This document shows positions 1-9,700 of a stretch of DNA of 64,000 bases, in pieces. Positions within the stretch are counted from its first letter, which is position 1, and each line of letters opens with the position of its first letter. Under the pieces are notes generated by a model. It did no database searches. It saw nothing but the letters and a program-made list of their open reading frames with translations, and was not told where the DNA came from. The stretch is from IMG/VR virus record IMGVR_UViG_3300021387_000075. One strand, given 5' to 3'. The position numbers were made by a program, and so were the translations under genes. This stretch comes from a virus (lineage: Duplodnaviria > Caudoviricetes).

Positions 1-192
1 ATACGGATCACCGGCCATGCAAATATCGCACATTTTATGCTTGCGCCACTATTCAAATGTTTGTTGCTACACATGCCCCTACGGGCATTGCATATCAAGT
101 GGCGTTTTTAAATTCTTATAACTATCGCTTATAAGTTTCCATCCTTCCGCTTCTAAGGCATTTTGGACTGTGTATATATTAATTGATGCCAT
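1..192 (-). CDS. 5' part of a Zn-ribbon-containing protein (runs off window; 3 in-frame TAG read as Gln)
   Basis: ATG at 192 overlaps the dUTPase TAA (TAATG). Reads MASINIYTVQNALEAEGWKLISDSYKNLKTPLDMQCP*GHV*QQTFE*WRKHKMCDIC; the CPxGH...CxxC motif is intact only if TAG is sense. Confidence 0.7.
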
Positions 193-983
193 TAGGTTCC
201 AGTAGAGCCAAATCCGCCCTCTCCACGATCAGAATCTGTTAGAGAATCGACAACATTCGCCTTAAAGCGGTAAGAAGGCATTACTAGCATCTGAGCGATA
301 CGATCGCCCTTATGAATTTCATATGGATCATCGCTGATATTATCATAAATCGCGCGTACCTCACCACGATAGCCACTATCAATTACACCTACACTATTGC
401 TTAAACGTAGAGGTGTTTTCGCACCCATACTAGAACGTGGTAGGACAAAGGCTACCCATCCTTCTGGTAGCTGAATATGTACGCCCGTCGCTACTGGGGT
501 ACCATGCGTATGAGGTTGAATTGTTATATCTTCAAACGCATACATATCTGCAGCGGCATCACTATCATGAGCATATGTAGGAACTTGTGCGCCGTCCTCT
601 AGCATAATTGGTAGCTCGATTGAATAGAAGTGATATTTATCATAAGCAGTATCAAAGGTTTCATAAATCTTTTCCACTACTTTATCTACTACTTTACGCT
701 TATTGCCTGCAATAATCTGATCGCCATAAACAATTTGATTTACAAATTCTTTTAGAGACTTTACTGATTCTTTGGCTTCTGCGCGGGTCGTACCCTGAGC
801 CTCTAAGTTGGCAATAATCTGACTTACAGACTGATTAATCTGCTCCTTAGAAAAAGATTGATCAATACTCTGTAGAATTGTATCTAACGCTTCGTCAGAA
901 AATAAATTATCATCCATATCTTTAAGATTTTTTACTGCGTCTATAAACGCCTGTACTTGCTGATTAGCTAATTCTTCGTTCAT
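192..983 (-). CDS. dut: trimeric dUTPase with ~120-aa N-terminal extension
   Basis: Motifs AAADMYA, PRSS, GVIDSGYRGE, GDRIAQ, RGEGGFGSTG. Confidence 0.95.
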   Translation of the reverse strand: MNEELANQQVQAFIDAVKNLKDMDDNLFSDEALDTILQSIDQSFSKEQINQSVSQIIANLEAQGTTRAEAKESVKSLKEFVNQIVYGDQIIAGNKRKVVDKVVEKIYETFDTAYDKYHFYSIELPIMLEDGAQVPTYAHDSDAAADMYAFEDITIQPHTHGTPVATGVHIQLPEGWVAFVLPRSSMGAKTPLRLSNSVGVIDSGYRGEVRAIYDNISDDPYEIHKGDRIAQMLVMPSYRFKANVVDSLTDSDRGEGGFGSTGT

Positions 984-997
984 TCCTTTATCCTCCT

Positions 998-1213
998 TTA
1001 GATTTCATATGAAATCGTAACTTCGACCATCCACCATTCTTCGGTAATTTCTCCGGTCTTACGATCTTTTTTAGTTTTATAATCAACCTTAGTCTTTGTA
1101 ATAGTAAATCCTTCTTTTATTGCGCGATTTTTCCAATCATCTACAACAGAATTCGCTTCTTCTTCTGTATCGCAACGACAAGTTTTTACCCACTTAGTAT
1201 CACAAATCGCCAT
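998..1213 (-). CDS. hypothetical protein
   Basis: ORF track 998..1243; likelier start MAICDTKW at 1213. Confidence 0.6.
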   Translation of the reverse strand: MAICDTKWVKTCRCDTEEEANSVVDDWKNRAIKEGFTITKTKVDYKTKKDRKTGEITEEWWMVEVTISYEI

Positions 1214-1535
1214 TTTCTTCAATCTCCTTTGCTTTTTTCTCATTTAGTTCTCTTAGTTTTTGAATTAAATCTATGTAATTAAGCTTTGCGGCAGTTTCAT
1301 TAATCTCATCAATCTGAGATTTTTGTGCCATCTTAGCTTTCTTACCTTTATTTTGCTTAGCCAATGCGCGCCGTTGAGCGCGATTTAGCTTGACGCCGCC
1401 ATTGATTTTTGTAATAGTGAAATCTGTAATCTTTTTCATGATTTCTTCATCATTATCGGCGCCAACTTGTTTCTCAGCTTCTGCATAATCAATTCCTTGA
1501 ATTTCTGCAAAGCGCTTAATTAGATCATTTTCCAT
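1200..1535 (-). CDS. hypothetical protein (NRAQRR motif)
   Basis: 111-aa ORF abutting neighbours, with GGAGGA RBS upstream. Confidence 0.7.
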   Translation of the reverse strand: MENDLIKRFAEIQGIDYAEAEKQVGADNDEEIMKKITDFTITKINGGVKLNRAQRRALAKQNKGKKAKMAQKSQIDEINETAAKLNYIDLIQKLRELNEKKAKEIEENGDL

Positions 1536-2570
1536 TTATCCTCCTGCATTTCGGTTATATCCGAATGTCTGAGTATCAAAAAATTCAATATAATATTTTT
1601 CAAGCTCGGAAAGCTTATCTTTATCACAATAAGTGATTGCTTCGATTGACCAATTCCAGAATCCTGTTTTTAGTATTTCATGATGTACGGCTTGATCTGC
1701 AATACTCTTAATACCAATTGAGGACTTAAAGTGGTCAGTAATTCTTTTCTTTATATCAGTACTTTTTCCGATATAAGCTTTGCCGCTATCCAAATTCGTT
1801 AGCTTATAAATTCCCGGCTCTGCTTTAATTTCTATACGCTTAAAAGTATCATCCAAATTAGGCTTAACATATTCAGCCCAAACCAATTTTGAAATAATAT
1901 CTGGATGTTGTACTTTCGCCGCGACAGTAGTAAGCAAGAATTCAATATCTTCTCGGTATTCCTCAGGTAACTATATAGTATAGAATAACTTTGCCTACTT
2001 ATCCATTTCGTATTGGAGTAAGGGTTTCCGCAAACTTAGAAAGCGTTCGCGCTATTGCTCTTCGGCAATTTGATATTCTTTAACCTTGGCTAGTGATTCT
2101 TCAATTTTGTCAGCCATCCATTTCTTAGTTTCTTCGGCCTACTTATCACATTCTTTCGTAGTTTTTTCTAACTCAGATTCCAGAAATGCTTTTTTTTCGT
2201 TAAACGTTTCATCTAATGCTGCTTGGCGTTTTTCTCGCTATTCATTCATTAAAGAATCTAATTCAGTCATTTTTTCATTTACTAGATGATTATATTCATC
2301 ACGCGCATCCGCTAGGCTTGTTTTTGCGCTATCTAATGAATTATATATATCAGTTAATTTTTGCTATTCTGTATTAACTTTAATTTGTACATCTAGTAAT
2401 TTACTACGATATTGTTCAAGTGCTTCTTTATCAAAGTTTAACTCTTCTTTAAGTTTAACCGCTTGTTCGTGATATTCGTCTAATAACTATGTATCAACCG
2501 ATTGTTTTTGATAGAGTTTATACCCCAGAAATCCAATAATAATTAAGCATAAGATTAAAACTACAACCAT
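1536..2570 (-). CDS. membrane-anchored coiled-coil protein with C-terminal GIY-YIG nuclease domain (7 in-frame TAG)
   Basis: ATG at 2570 after AGGTGA RBS; N-terminal hydrophobic MVVVLILCLIIIGFLGY; 345 codons with no internal TAA/TGA; C-terminal GIYKLTN...YIGKS...GYN. Confidence 0.85.
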
Positions 2571-2597
2571 ATCATCACCTTTTTCTTTTGATACTTA

Positions 2598-2626
2598 ATT
2601 ATATCAGATTTCTGGGGAAATGTCAA
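2598..2626 (-). promoter_or_regulatory. sigma70/sigmaA-type promoter
   Basis: TTGACA-N17-TATAAT with extended -10 TG. Confidence 0.8.
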
Positions 2627-2637
2627 ATATTTGAATA

Positions 2638-2844
2638 TTACATTTCATCTTTTATATATAAGCCACAATGACAAGTTTCTCCAACTTGTACATTATTAAG
2701 AAAATCATAGCACATACATTTATATTCTGATTTGCCCTTGCTTTGATAAATACATGGACAATAGCCATCATTTTCTTTTAAGCCCTGACGAATCATTTCT
2801 ACAATTTCTTTATCTGGATTAATATGTACTTTCATTTTATCCAC
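2638..2844 (-). CDS. ferredoxin-thioredoxin reductase catalytic-subunit-like protein
   Basis: GYCPC...CMC...CHCGLY cysteine pattern. Confidence 0.85.
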   Translation of the reverse strand: MDKMKVHINPDKEIVEMIRQGLKENDGYCPCIYQSKGKSEYKCMCYDFLNNVQVGETCHCGLYIKDEM

Positions 2845-3311
2845 TCCGCATATTGATTATTTGACGCAAGTTTTACACCAAGAATAGGATCAAACCGTTC
2901 TTCTAAGTTTTGAACATAACGTCCCCATTTAATAATTATATTATGATAATTTCTTATACTTTGTTCAGTAATAAAATCTTCTCCTTGCCCATAACCAGTA
3001 TAAATTATAATAGGATCATTACATTGTTTATCTATACGAATAAATTTGATAAGCTCTATTAAATCCATATAGCTATCAAATGGTTCTAAACCTTGAAAAC
3101 AAAAAGCTTTAGTTAGAGGATTTTGTTTATACATATTCCAAATATACTTGCCACTAACTTCTATATCGGGTTCGGCTGCCAAGCCGCTATTCTGACAGAC
3201 TTGACAGCCATTTAACTTATCACACTTAAAATCACAATATGGGAATTCTATTGTTAAGCAGGGTTCTTTATAATTCGTACAATCATAATCAATTATTCCC
3301 TTTACTTTCAT
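2832..3311 (-). CDS. nrdG: anaerobic RNR activating enzyme (radical SAM, NrdG-like)
   Basis: CDFKC...CQN, GLEPF, IYTGY, LASNNQ; adjacent to nrdD. Confidence 0.85.
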   Translation of the reverse strand: MKVKGIIDYDCTNYKEPCLTIEFPYCDFKCDKLNGCQVCQNSGLAAEPDIEVSGKYIWNMYKQNPLTKAFCFQGLEPFDSYMDLIELIKFIRIDKQCNDPIIIYTGYGQGEDFITEQSIRNYHNIIIKWGRYVQNLEERFDPILGVKLASNNQYAEWIK

Positions 3312-5223
3312 TATTCATATGCTCCCATTGTCTCATTTTAAATTCTGCTTTACGCTCTTTACTCCAACTTTTAATTGGAGTATAGAAACCAACTATACGC
3401 GTATATTCAGTAACTACATCCCCGCCACAAATAGGGCATTGAGTGCCATAGAAGGCATGATTTTTCGCGCAAGCTTGAATTTTAGTATTAAAGGCAAAAT
3501 ATGTTAATCCTTGGTCAGCAATATAATTAACCGCATTCCAAGCTTTTTCAAAGCTATCAAATGGCGCATCTATATTTAAGTGAGCTATACTGCCGCCATT
3601 ACAATAACTATCAAATAGAGAAGCAATACGAATACGTTCTACCATAGTAGTTTTAATCCCAAGCGGAATAAATTGATTTCCATAAAGTGGCAAGTCTTTT
3701 ACTACTGTGTCTGGATAGAAGAATTCATCAGCAAGCTGCATCTTCGCGGCAGCAGATTCACCGGGAATTTGTTCTACATTAATCTTATAATCTTTATCTG
3801 CGGCAAAAGCGTCTTTTGTTTCATGTAGAACCTGGAAAATGCGCTTACCAAAAGCATCTGCCTTATCGGTATAGAAAACATTTCCCAGTTCGTCTTCGCG
3901 CGTATATCCAAATGTTTTCATTGTCTCATAAATACCTATAATACCTACTGTATTATATAGGTGCTCAAAATCTACGATACCTTTGGAAAAATTAGGAAGC
4001 AGTCCTTTCTCCACATTGCGGCGAATAATATAACGAACGCAATCCAAGGCTTTACAATCTAGTTCTACAATTTCTTTGAGCCTGATTAAATAATCTTCTT
4101 CATTTTCGGCTTCTAATGCTATTCGTGCGAGATTTACCGTAGACACTTTTACGGAACCGACTTTTAGTGCAGTGCCGCCAATACTATTAAAATATCCTAA
4201 ATCTTCAATATTGCTTTTTAGACGGCAGCAATTGCTTAGAGAGTTTACACTATCATCAATAAATAAATTAGAGTCGCTCCAAATACGATTATGTTCGACG
4301 CCCCAGCGCGCGAACTCTTCATCTTGAAATTTACCATCCTTCCGCAACAAAGAAATCGTAAGTACAGGGAAGGTAAACATATTATGTTGGCGTATCTCAG
4401 CGATAGTTTCCATAAAGATTTTTTGGAAATCTTGAATTTCTTTTAAATCATCAATCATATAGGAACCATCAGGAAATTGAGCGCCACCAAATAAAGCTTC
4501 TAGATAAGCCATATCGAATACTGAACAATTAGTAAAAGCAGATTGCATACCATCTCGGACATATGGCTGATTTACAGCATATACAAAACGTTGAATCTGC
4601 TGACGAGCATAATAATCTGAGTCTTTAGTTGCATAACCTGTAGCACAGTCTTTCTTCCAAAAATAATACATATAAGGAATAATATTGGGTAAACCAACAG
4701 CGCCGGAACTACGATTGGCGGCAAAGCTAATAAATTCTTTTACGAAGTCTACAAAAGTACTAAGATGTTGCGGCGGCTCAGCATTGAAATTATTTAAAAA
4801 GAATAGCCCTTTTTCTGCAACATCTTTTAAATCATATGCAAAACAATAATGTACATAAGTACTTGTATCAGCATCATGCATATATAATGCCTTAGTCCAT
4901 TCTTTTTCTAGCCAAAGATTAGCGTCTTTAAAGCCATATCGTTTATTCATTTCATAATATATTTTATTAAACGCTAATAGTTTTCTATGCGGCTTAGGCA
5001 TCTCATTCATTAGAGTACGCATGTCTTTATTCCCTACGTTAGAGTTGCCATCAACAGACGCATCCGCGACTGTATCTTTATCAATAAAGTTATCAATAAA
5101 GTCAGTATAAGAAAGCTGTTTATCACCAAAACCATTTAAATATGCCATTTCTTCGCCATACTTTTCGCTCAAGCGATTGTAAGCAGTTTGAAAATTTTTA
5201 CTTAATCGAACCTTAATATCCAT
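3289..5223 (-). CDS. nrdD: class III (anaerobic) ribonucleotide reductase
   Basis: FTFPVLT, SNCCRL, EQIPGES, C-terminal CxxxH...CPIC and glycyl-radical loop YTRIVGFY; no ATP cone evident. Confidence 0.95.
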   Translation of the reverse strand: MDIKVRLSKNFQTAYNRLSEKYGEEMAYLNGFGDKQLSYTDFIDNFIDKDTVADASVDGNSNVGNKDMRTLMNEMPKPHRKLLAFNKIYYEMNKRYGFKDANLWLEKEWTKALYMHDADTSTYVHYCFAYDLKDVAEKGLFFLNNFNAEPPQHLSTFVDFVKEFISFAANRSSGAVGLPNIIPYMYYFWKKDCATGYATKDSDYYARQQIQRFVYAVNQPYVRDGMQSAFTNCSVFDMAYLEALFGGAQFPDGSYMIDDLKEIQDFQKIFMETIAEIRQHNMFTFPVLTISLLRKDGKFQDEEFARWGVEHNRIWSDSNLFIDDSVNSLSNCCRLKSNIEDLGYFNSIGGTALKVGSVKVSTVNLARIALEAENEEDYLIRLKEIVELDCKALDCVRYIIRRNVEKGLLPNFSKGIVDFEHLYNTVGIIGIYETMKTFGYTREDELGNVFYTDKADAFGKRIFQVLHETKDAFAADKDYKINVEQIPGESAAAKMQLADEFFYPDTVVKDLPLYGNQFIPLGIKTTMVERIRIASLFDSYCNGGSIAHLNIDAPFDSFEKAWNAVNYIADQGLTYFAFNTKIQACAKNHAFYGTQCPICGGDVVTEYTRIVGFYTPIKSWSKERKAEFKMRQWEHMNNESKGNN

Positions 5224-5224
5224 A

Positions 5225-5431
5225 TTATGCCTCCTTAATCCAATTATTAATTTCTACAGGAGACATTAAGTATTGTTCTCCAGTAAATACTACTGGCGCG
5301 CGGTCAGTATCTAGTTCACAGTTTTCAAATGGAATTTCTTGATATGTAATATTTTTATCAGTCATTTTCTTTTTTACCATTTCACAAATAGGACATGCTG
5401 GTAAAGTATAAATATAAATCATCAATTTCAC
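5225..5431 (-). CDS. NrdH/glutaredoxin-like redoxin
   Basis: IYTLPACPICEMVKKKM...APVV thioredoxin-fold signature. Confidence 0.8.
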   Translation of the reverse strand: MKLMIYIYTLPACPICEMVKKKMTDKNITYQEIPFENCELDTDRAPVVFTGEQYLMSPVEINNWIKEA

Positions 5432-5634
5432 TTCCTAAGTTTCTTTCCACAATATGGACATCTTTCTTGGTCTGAGAAATCATAAGACTCAGTACCGTGC
5501 GGGCATAGCGCCTGCAATTGTTTAATTTCATCACGAATAGTATATACCTTATCAGTACGTTCCATTCGTGATAGAGCATCACGCAAATCATTGCTTAATT
5601 GCTCATACCGGGTTTTAATTTCTGATTGATTCAT
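5428..5634 (-). CDS. small Zn-finger hypothetical protein
   Basis: CPH...CPYCG; overlaps neighbours by 4 bp. Confidence 0.7.
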   Translation of the reverse strand: MNQSEIKTRYEQLSNDLRDALSRMERTDKVYTIRDEIKQLQALCPHGTESYDFSDQERCPYCGKKLRK

Positions 5635-6713
5635 TTAATCCACCTTCCTGCTTTTGATAGTGATGCAGTTGTCTGCATAAATAATATATTTTGACGTGGA
5701 AATTTTTCCACCAAAATCCTAGCTTGTTCTTTCGCGGCTAAAACGTTTTCTTGCTTTGATTTATTTGGTATGTACTCGTATATTGTATGAGTTTTCCGCA
5801 AATGACTTGCTGACCAAGTTGCAATTAATCGAGATAAGTCAGCTAGTGGATCAAAGCAACCTAATGTTGGTTCTTCATACTTCAATCTAATTGGAATCCT
5901 GTTAGACCAAAGTGTATAAAGAAGATTCATTTTATATACGAAATTTTTATAATATTCTGTTTGATAATGATAAGACCCGCCCAATGAAAGGAAAATCTGC
6001 GAGCGAGGCATTATCAATTCTAAAAGTTTGTTTTTATAAGTTCTCAACATATATTTTGTATCTTGTAGAGGAATATTGATATCTAGAAATACATCATTAC
6101 TTTTGCTAATTATTTCATTTTCGCGCACCTTAAAAAAGTCAGATAGTTTATAAAAATGTACTGGATGGATAAAATTTACAGAGGAAGGTTTATGCTCTGC
6201 TATATCGTCAATAATGCGCTCCCATCCAGGCGTGAAAAAATCACGGTCATAAATATAAACTCGTTTTCTGCGCGCAACCGGAGGAATTGGTAATTCTTTT
6301 TCGCCAGCAAAGCGCCGATAATATGTATCATCCAATATGTGTTCAATGCGCTTTTCCGTTTCTCCTGCGTGATATTTCTCTTTTAAAAAATTACCGTAAA
6401 TAGCGGGCCGGGGAAACGTATAATCAATTAGCTCGTTTTCAAAAGGAATATATTTCTTATTAGTAAAGGCCGAGCCGCCATAAATAACATTTGGCTCACG
6501 ACGCAATGCTTCGGGAATATCAATACAATTATCATTCTCGCTGAATATATAAATTTTATCATAACCAGCAAACTCAGTTTCATCTAAGTTAATTAAGCGA
6601 CAATATTTATTTTCTTCGTGCTTATAATACTCTGCCAGCTTCATAATTTCTAAATTAGGAGGCGGAAGAGTTTTCTGCGCCTTCTGTAAATTTAAATCTA
6701 CTAAGCCGATCAT
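5631..6713 (-). CDS. hypothetical protein resembling a degenerate phage radical-SAM-type protein
   Basis: N-terminal IGLVD...PNLEIMKLAEYYK and YGGSAF resemble that family; no CxxxCxxC present. Confidence 0.5.
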   Translation of the reverse strand: MIGLVDLNLQKAQKTLPPPNLEIMKLAEYYKHEENKYCRLINLDETEFAGYDKIYIFSENDNCIDIPEALRREPNVIYGGSAFTNKKYIPFENELIDYTFPRPAIYGNFLKEKYHAGETEKRIEHILDDTYYRRFAGEKELPIPPVARRKRVYIYDRDFFTPGWERIIDDIAEHKPSSVNFIHPVHFYKLSDFFKVRENEIISKSNDVFLDINIPLQDTKYMLRTYKNKLLELIMPRSQIFLSLGGSYHYQTEYYKNFVYKMNLLYTLWSNRIPIRLKYEEPTLGCFDPLADLSRLIATWSASHLRKTHTIYEYIPNKSKQENVLAAKEQARILVEKFPRQNILFMQTTASLSKAGRWIK

Positions 6714-9700
6714 TCTTCCACCTCCATTCTTTTAGTTTGAAACTCTAAAATACCATCTTCATTTATACTTACAATCTTTGAAATTACTGGATAAAACGAG
6801 TCTTTCCGTTTCTTAGGTACGAAGTCTTGTCCTCTACGAATACCCTGTATCATCAGTAACGAGCCGCGCGAGAACCAACTCTTTTCGATGACGTGCTTTA
6901 TATCGTCATCTCCTCTTTGAGAAAGTTGCTTATCATATATAGCGTATTGATTCTTATATACCTTTACATTTACAACCCCAGTTGGCGTTAATAATGTAAC
7001 CGTATTCTTTAACTTATTCTTATCAATTACTGTGCCAATAATTCTATGAAGTTTAAATACTCTTACTTCATTACCATCTCTTCCAGTAAAAGTATATTCA
7101 ATTTCTGGCTCTTCTGGTAAAGTAAAGAAGTCATCATAATTATGCGCTGCCGCCGCGAGCTCATGTTCATGACTATAAAATGATACAGATTCCATTTCCC
7201 AATGCGAGATATTTCCAGTTGCATATTTATCATATACTTCTTTATAAAGAGAATCATTCAATGCCTTTAATACTGTATCCTTATTCTCTTTTAAATAAAT
7301 CCGCATTGGATCCATTGCCTTTTTATATATATTATCCCAACGTGTCTGCGGAATCTGCACTCCATTATCAATTAAATCTGCGCTAAAATTATTTCCAATG
7401 AAATTTACTGCGGCTTCATTTAAATCATAATTATCTCCATTTTTACAAGTCTTTAAAAACTTATTGAACAAGAACAATCTCTGATAAAACTTCATATCTT
7501 CTGGTATCAGATTTTTATTAATCAACATCTGCATATTCTGTAATGTTAATCTTTGTTTGCTATCTGCTACCATATCAATATACTTTTCCATAATCTTTTC
7601 GCGCGGAATCTTCATCAATTCATCAAATGCTCCGCACTTAATTAGATTAGTCATTTGAACCTTATTTACTTTAACTTTTTCAAGGAAGTCCTCCAACGAA
7701 CTAAACGGACGCATTTCCATAATTGCTCGAATGACTGAGGTCGACAAACGGGTAATTCCTCGCAATCCATACAAGATTTCATTTCTTTCAACGACTGGGG
7801 TAAAAGTATAAGAGGAATCATTGATGTTTGGCGGCGCAACTTTAATCCCGTAATTATTAAATCTTCCAATTGCTGTTGCGACTTTTCCGTAATCAACTGT
7901 TTTTGTTTTTTCTTTTTTCTTATCTTCTTTTTCTCCATCAATTACCTCATTCTCTTCTTCCCATTCTTCAAGCTCTTCATCATCCGCATCTTCGTCTGGC
8001 GCGGCTTCAACCACGATTGAAGCTTCACCTTCTTCATCATATTCAACATTCTGCGAACCACCGCTATCCACGATTAAGTTTGCGGTATTCCAGAATATGA
8101 TAGGATAAAACCGCGCAAGATTCATTTCCTGTAATGCGACTACTGAATATGCGTAAGTATGAGATGCATTAAATCCATATCCACGGCTTAATGCAACTTC
8201 TACATTCCATACATACGAACAGAAGTTTTCATCTAATTGTTTTTCCTTTACTCGCGCGAAAAACTCCGATGTTAATTGTTCGTACTCTTTCGGATTCTTC
8301 TTTGCGATACTTTTTCTCAAACGGTCGGCCCACTGCAAATCCCAACCGCCGCATTCTGGCAATTGAACTAGCTGCATGAATTGCTCTTGTGTAATTGACA
8401 TTCCATCTGAGATATCCAATTCTCTATGAAGAATCGCACGCTCTTCATCATTTAATCCATATTGAATCATTTCTTGTTCCCAATCATTGGGATGGAAACG
8501 GAATCTTGCGTACTTATCCAATGGACTTTCCGCGCCTTTTTCTGTTGCCATTAGACGAATTACAGAGTTTAATACTGCTAATTCATCAACGTTTCTTGGA
8601 TGAGTTAATGCGATTCCTCGTGTTCCAGATTGCTGTTCCATCTGAAACAAACTAACAATTTCGTGATGTTGAATCATATCCCACATCTTTTTATCATCAC
8701 GATTTATTTTATATACATTTAAAACCGATTCATAGGTTTCGCGCAATGTTGCTTTTTTCTCAACATATCCTTGCTCTACCAACAAATCAAGACAAGTATG
8801 AATCTTATCCGCGGCTTCAACACTCAGTAAGTCCATCTTGATTTCAGAAACATCTTCCAAATCATGTAGCTCAAACTGAGTAATAATCGTACCATCGGGC
8901 GCCCGCATCAATGCACTTGATTCTGTAAAATCTTCGTCCTTAAATACAACACCGCCCGCGTGAATACCAACGCCGCAAATCAATCCTTCGATGCGACTTG
9001 CGACTTCCCATAACTGAGGATATTTGCTAATTTCATTTATAAAAGTCTGATTTGGCTCAATCCCTGCTTCTTCATCGCCATAATACATTTGTTTCAATGT
9101 ATATGATTGGCCACGTTCCGCACTAATCAGATTAGCAATATATGATGCTTCATCAACATCAATCCCTAATCCTCTGGCCGCAGTTAAAATTGCCGAACGA
9201 GATTTTTCGGTTCTAAAAGTTGCTACATTTGATACTCGATTTTCACCATATACTTTTCTAAGATATTCCAAAACCTGTCCACGCCGAAGCCCTTCAATAT
9301 CAACGTCAATATCGAGAACAGAGACACGAGATGGATTAAGGAAACGCCAAGGATACATCTTCGTCTTTTCGCGCAAACAATTTATCTGAATAATATCCAG
9401 CGCGTACAGAAGAACGAATCCGCCACCGGAACCTCGGGCCGGAAGAACAATACTACCAGCGTTCCAACACTCATCTATAATCTTTTGAAGATTTAAGAAA
9501 TATGCTGACCATTGCGCCTTATTCACCTGAGAAGATTCCCAGGTCATTTCAAGACACTCATTTAATGCGGCATAAGCTTCTTCATTTTGAAGGTCCTCAT
9601 GCTTTTTAATACCAGTGATAACCGCATCCACCAATATCCTATCTGCTTTATATGGTGAAGAAGAGAATTTTTCTAATTCCGGTATTACTGAAAAATAATA

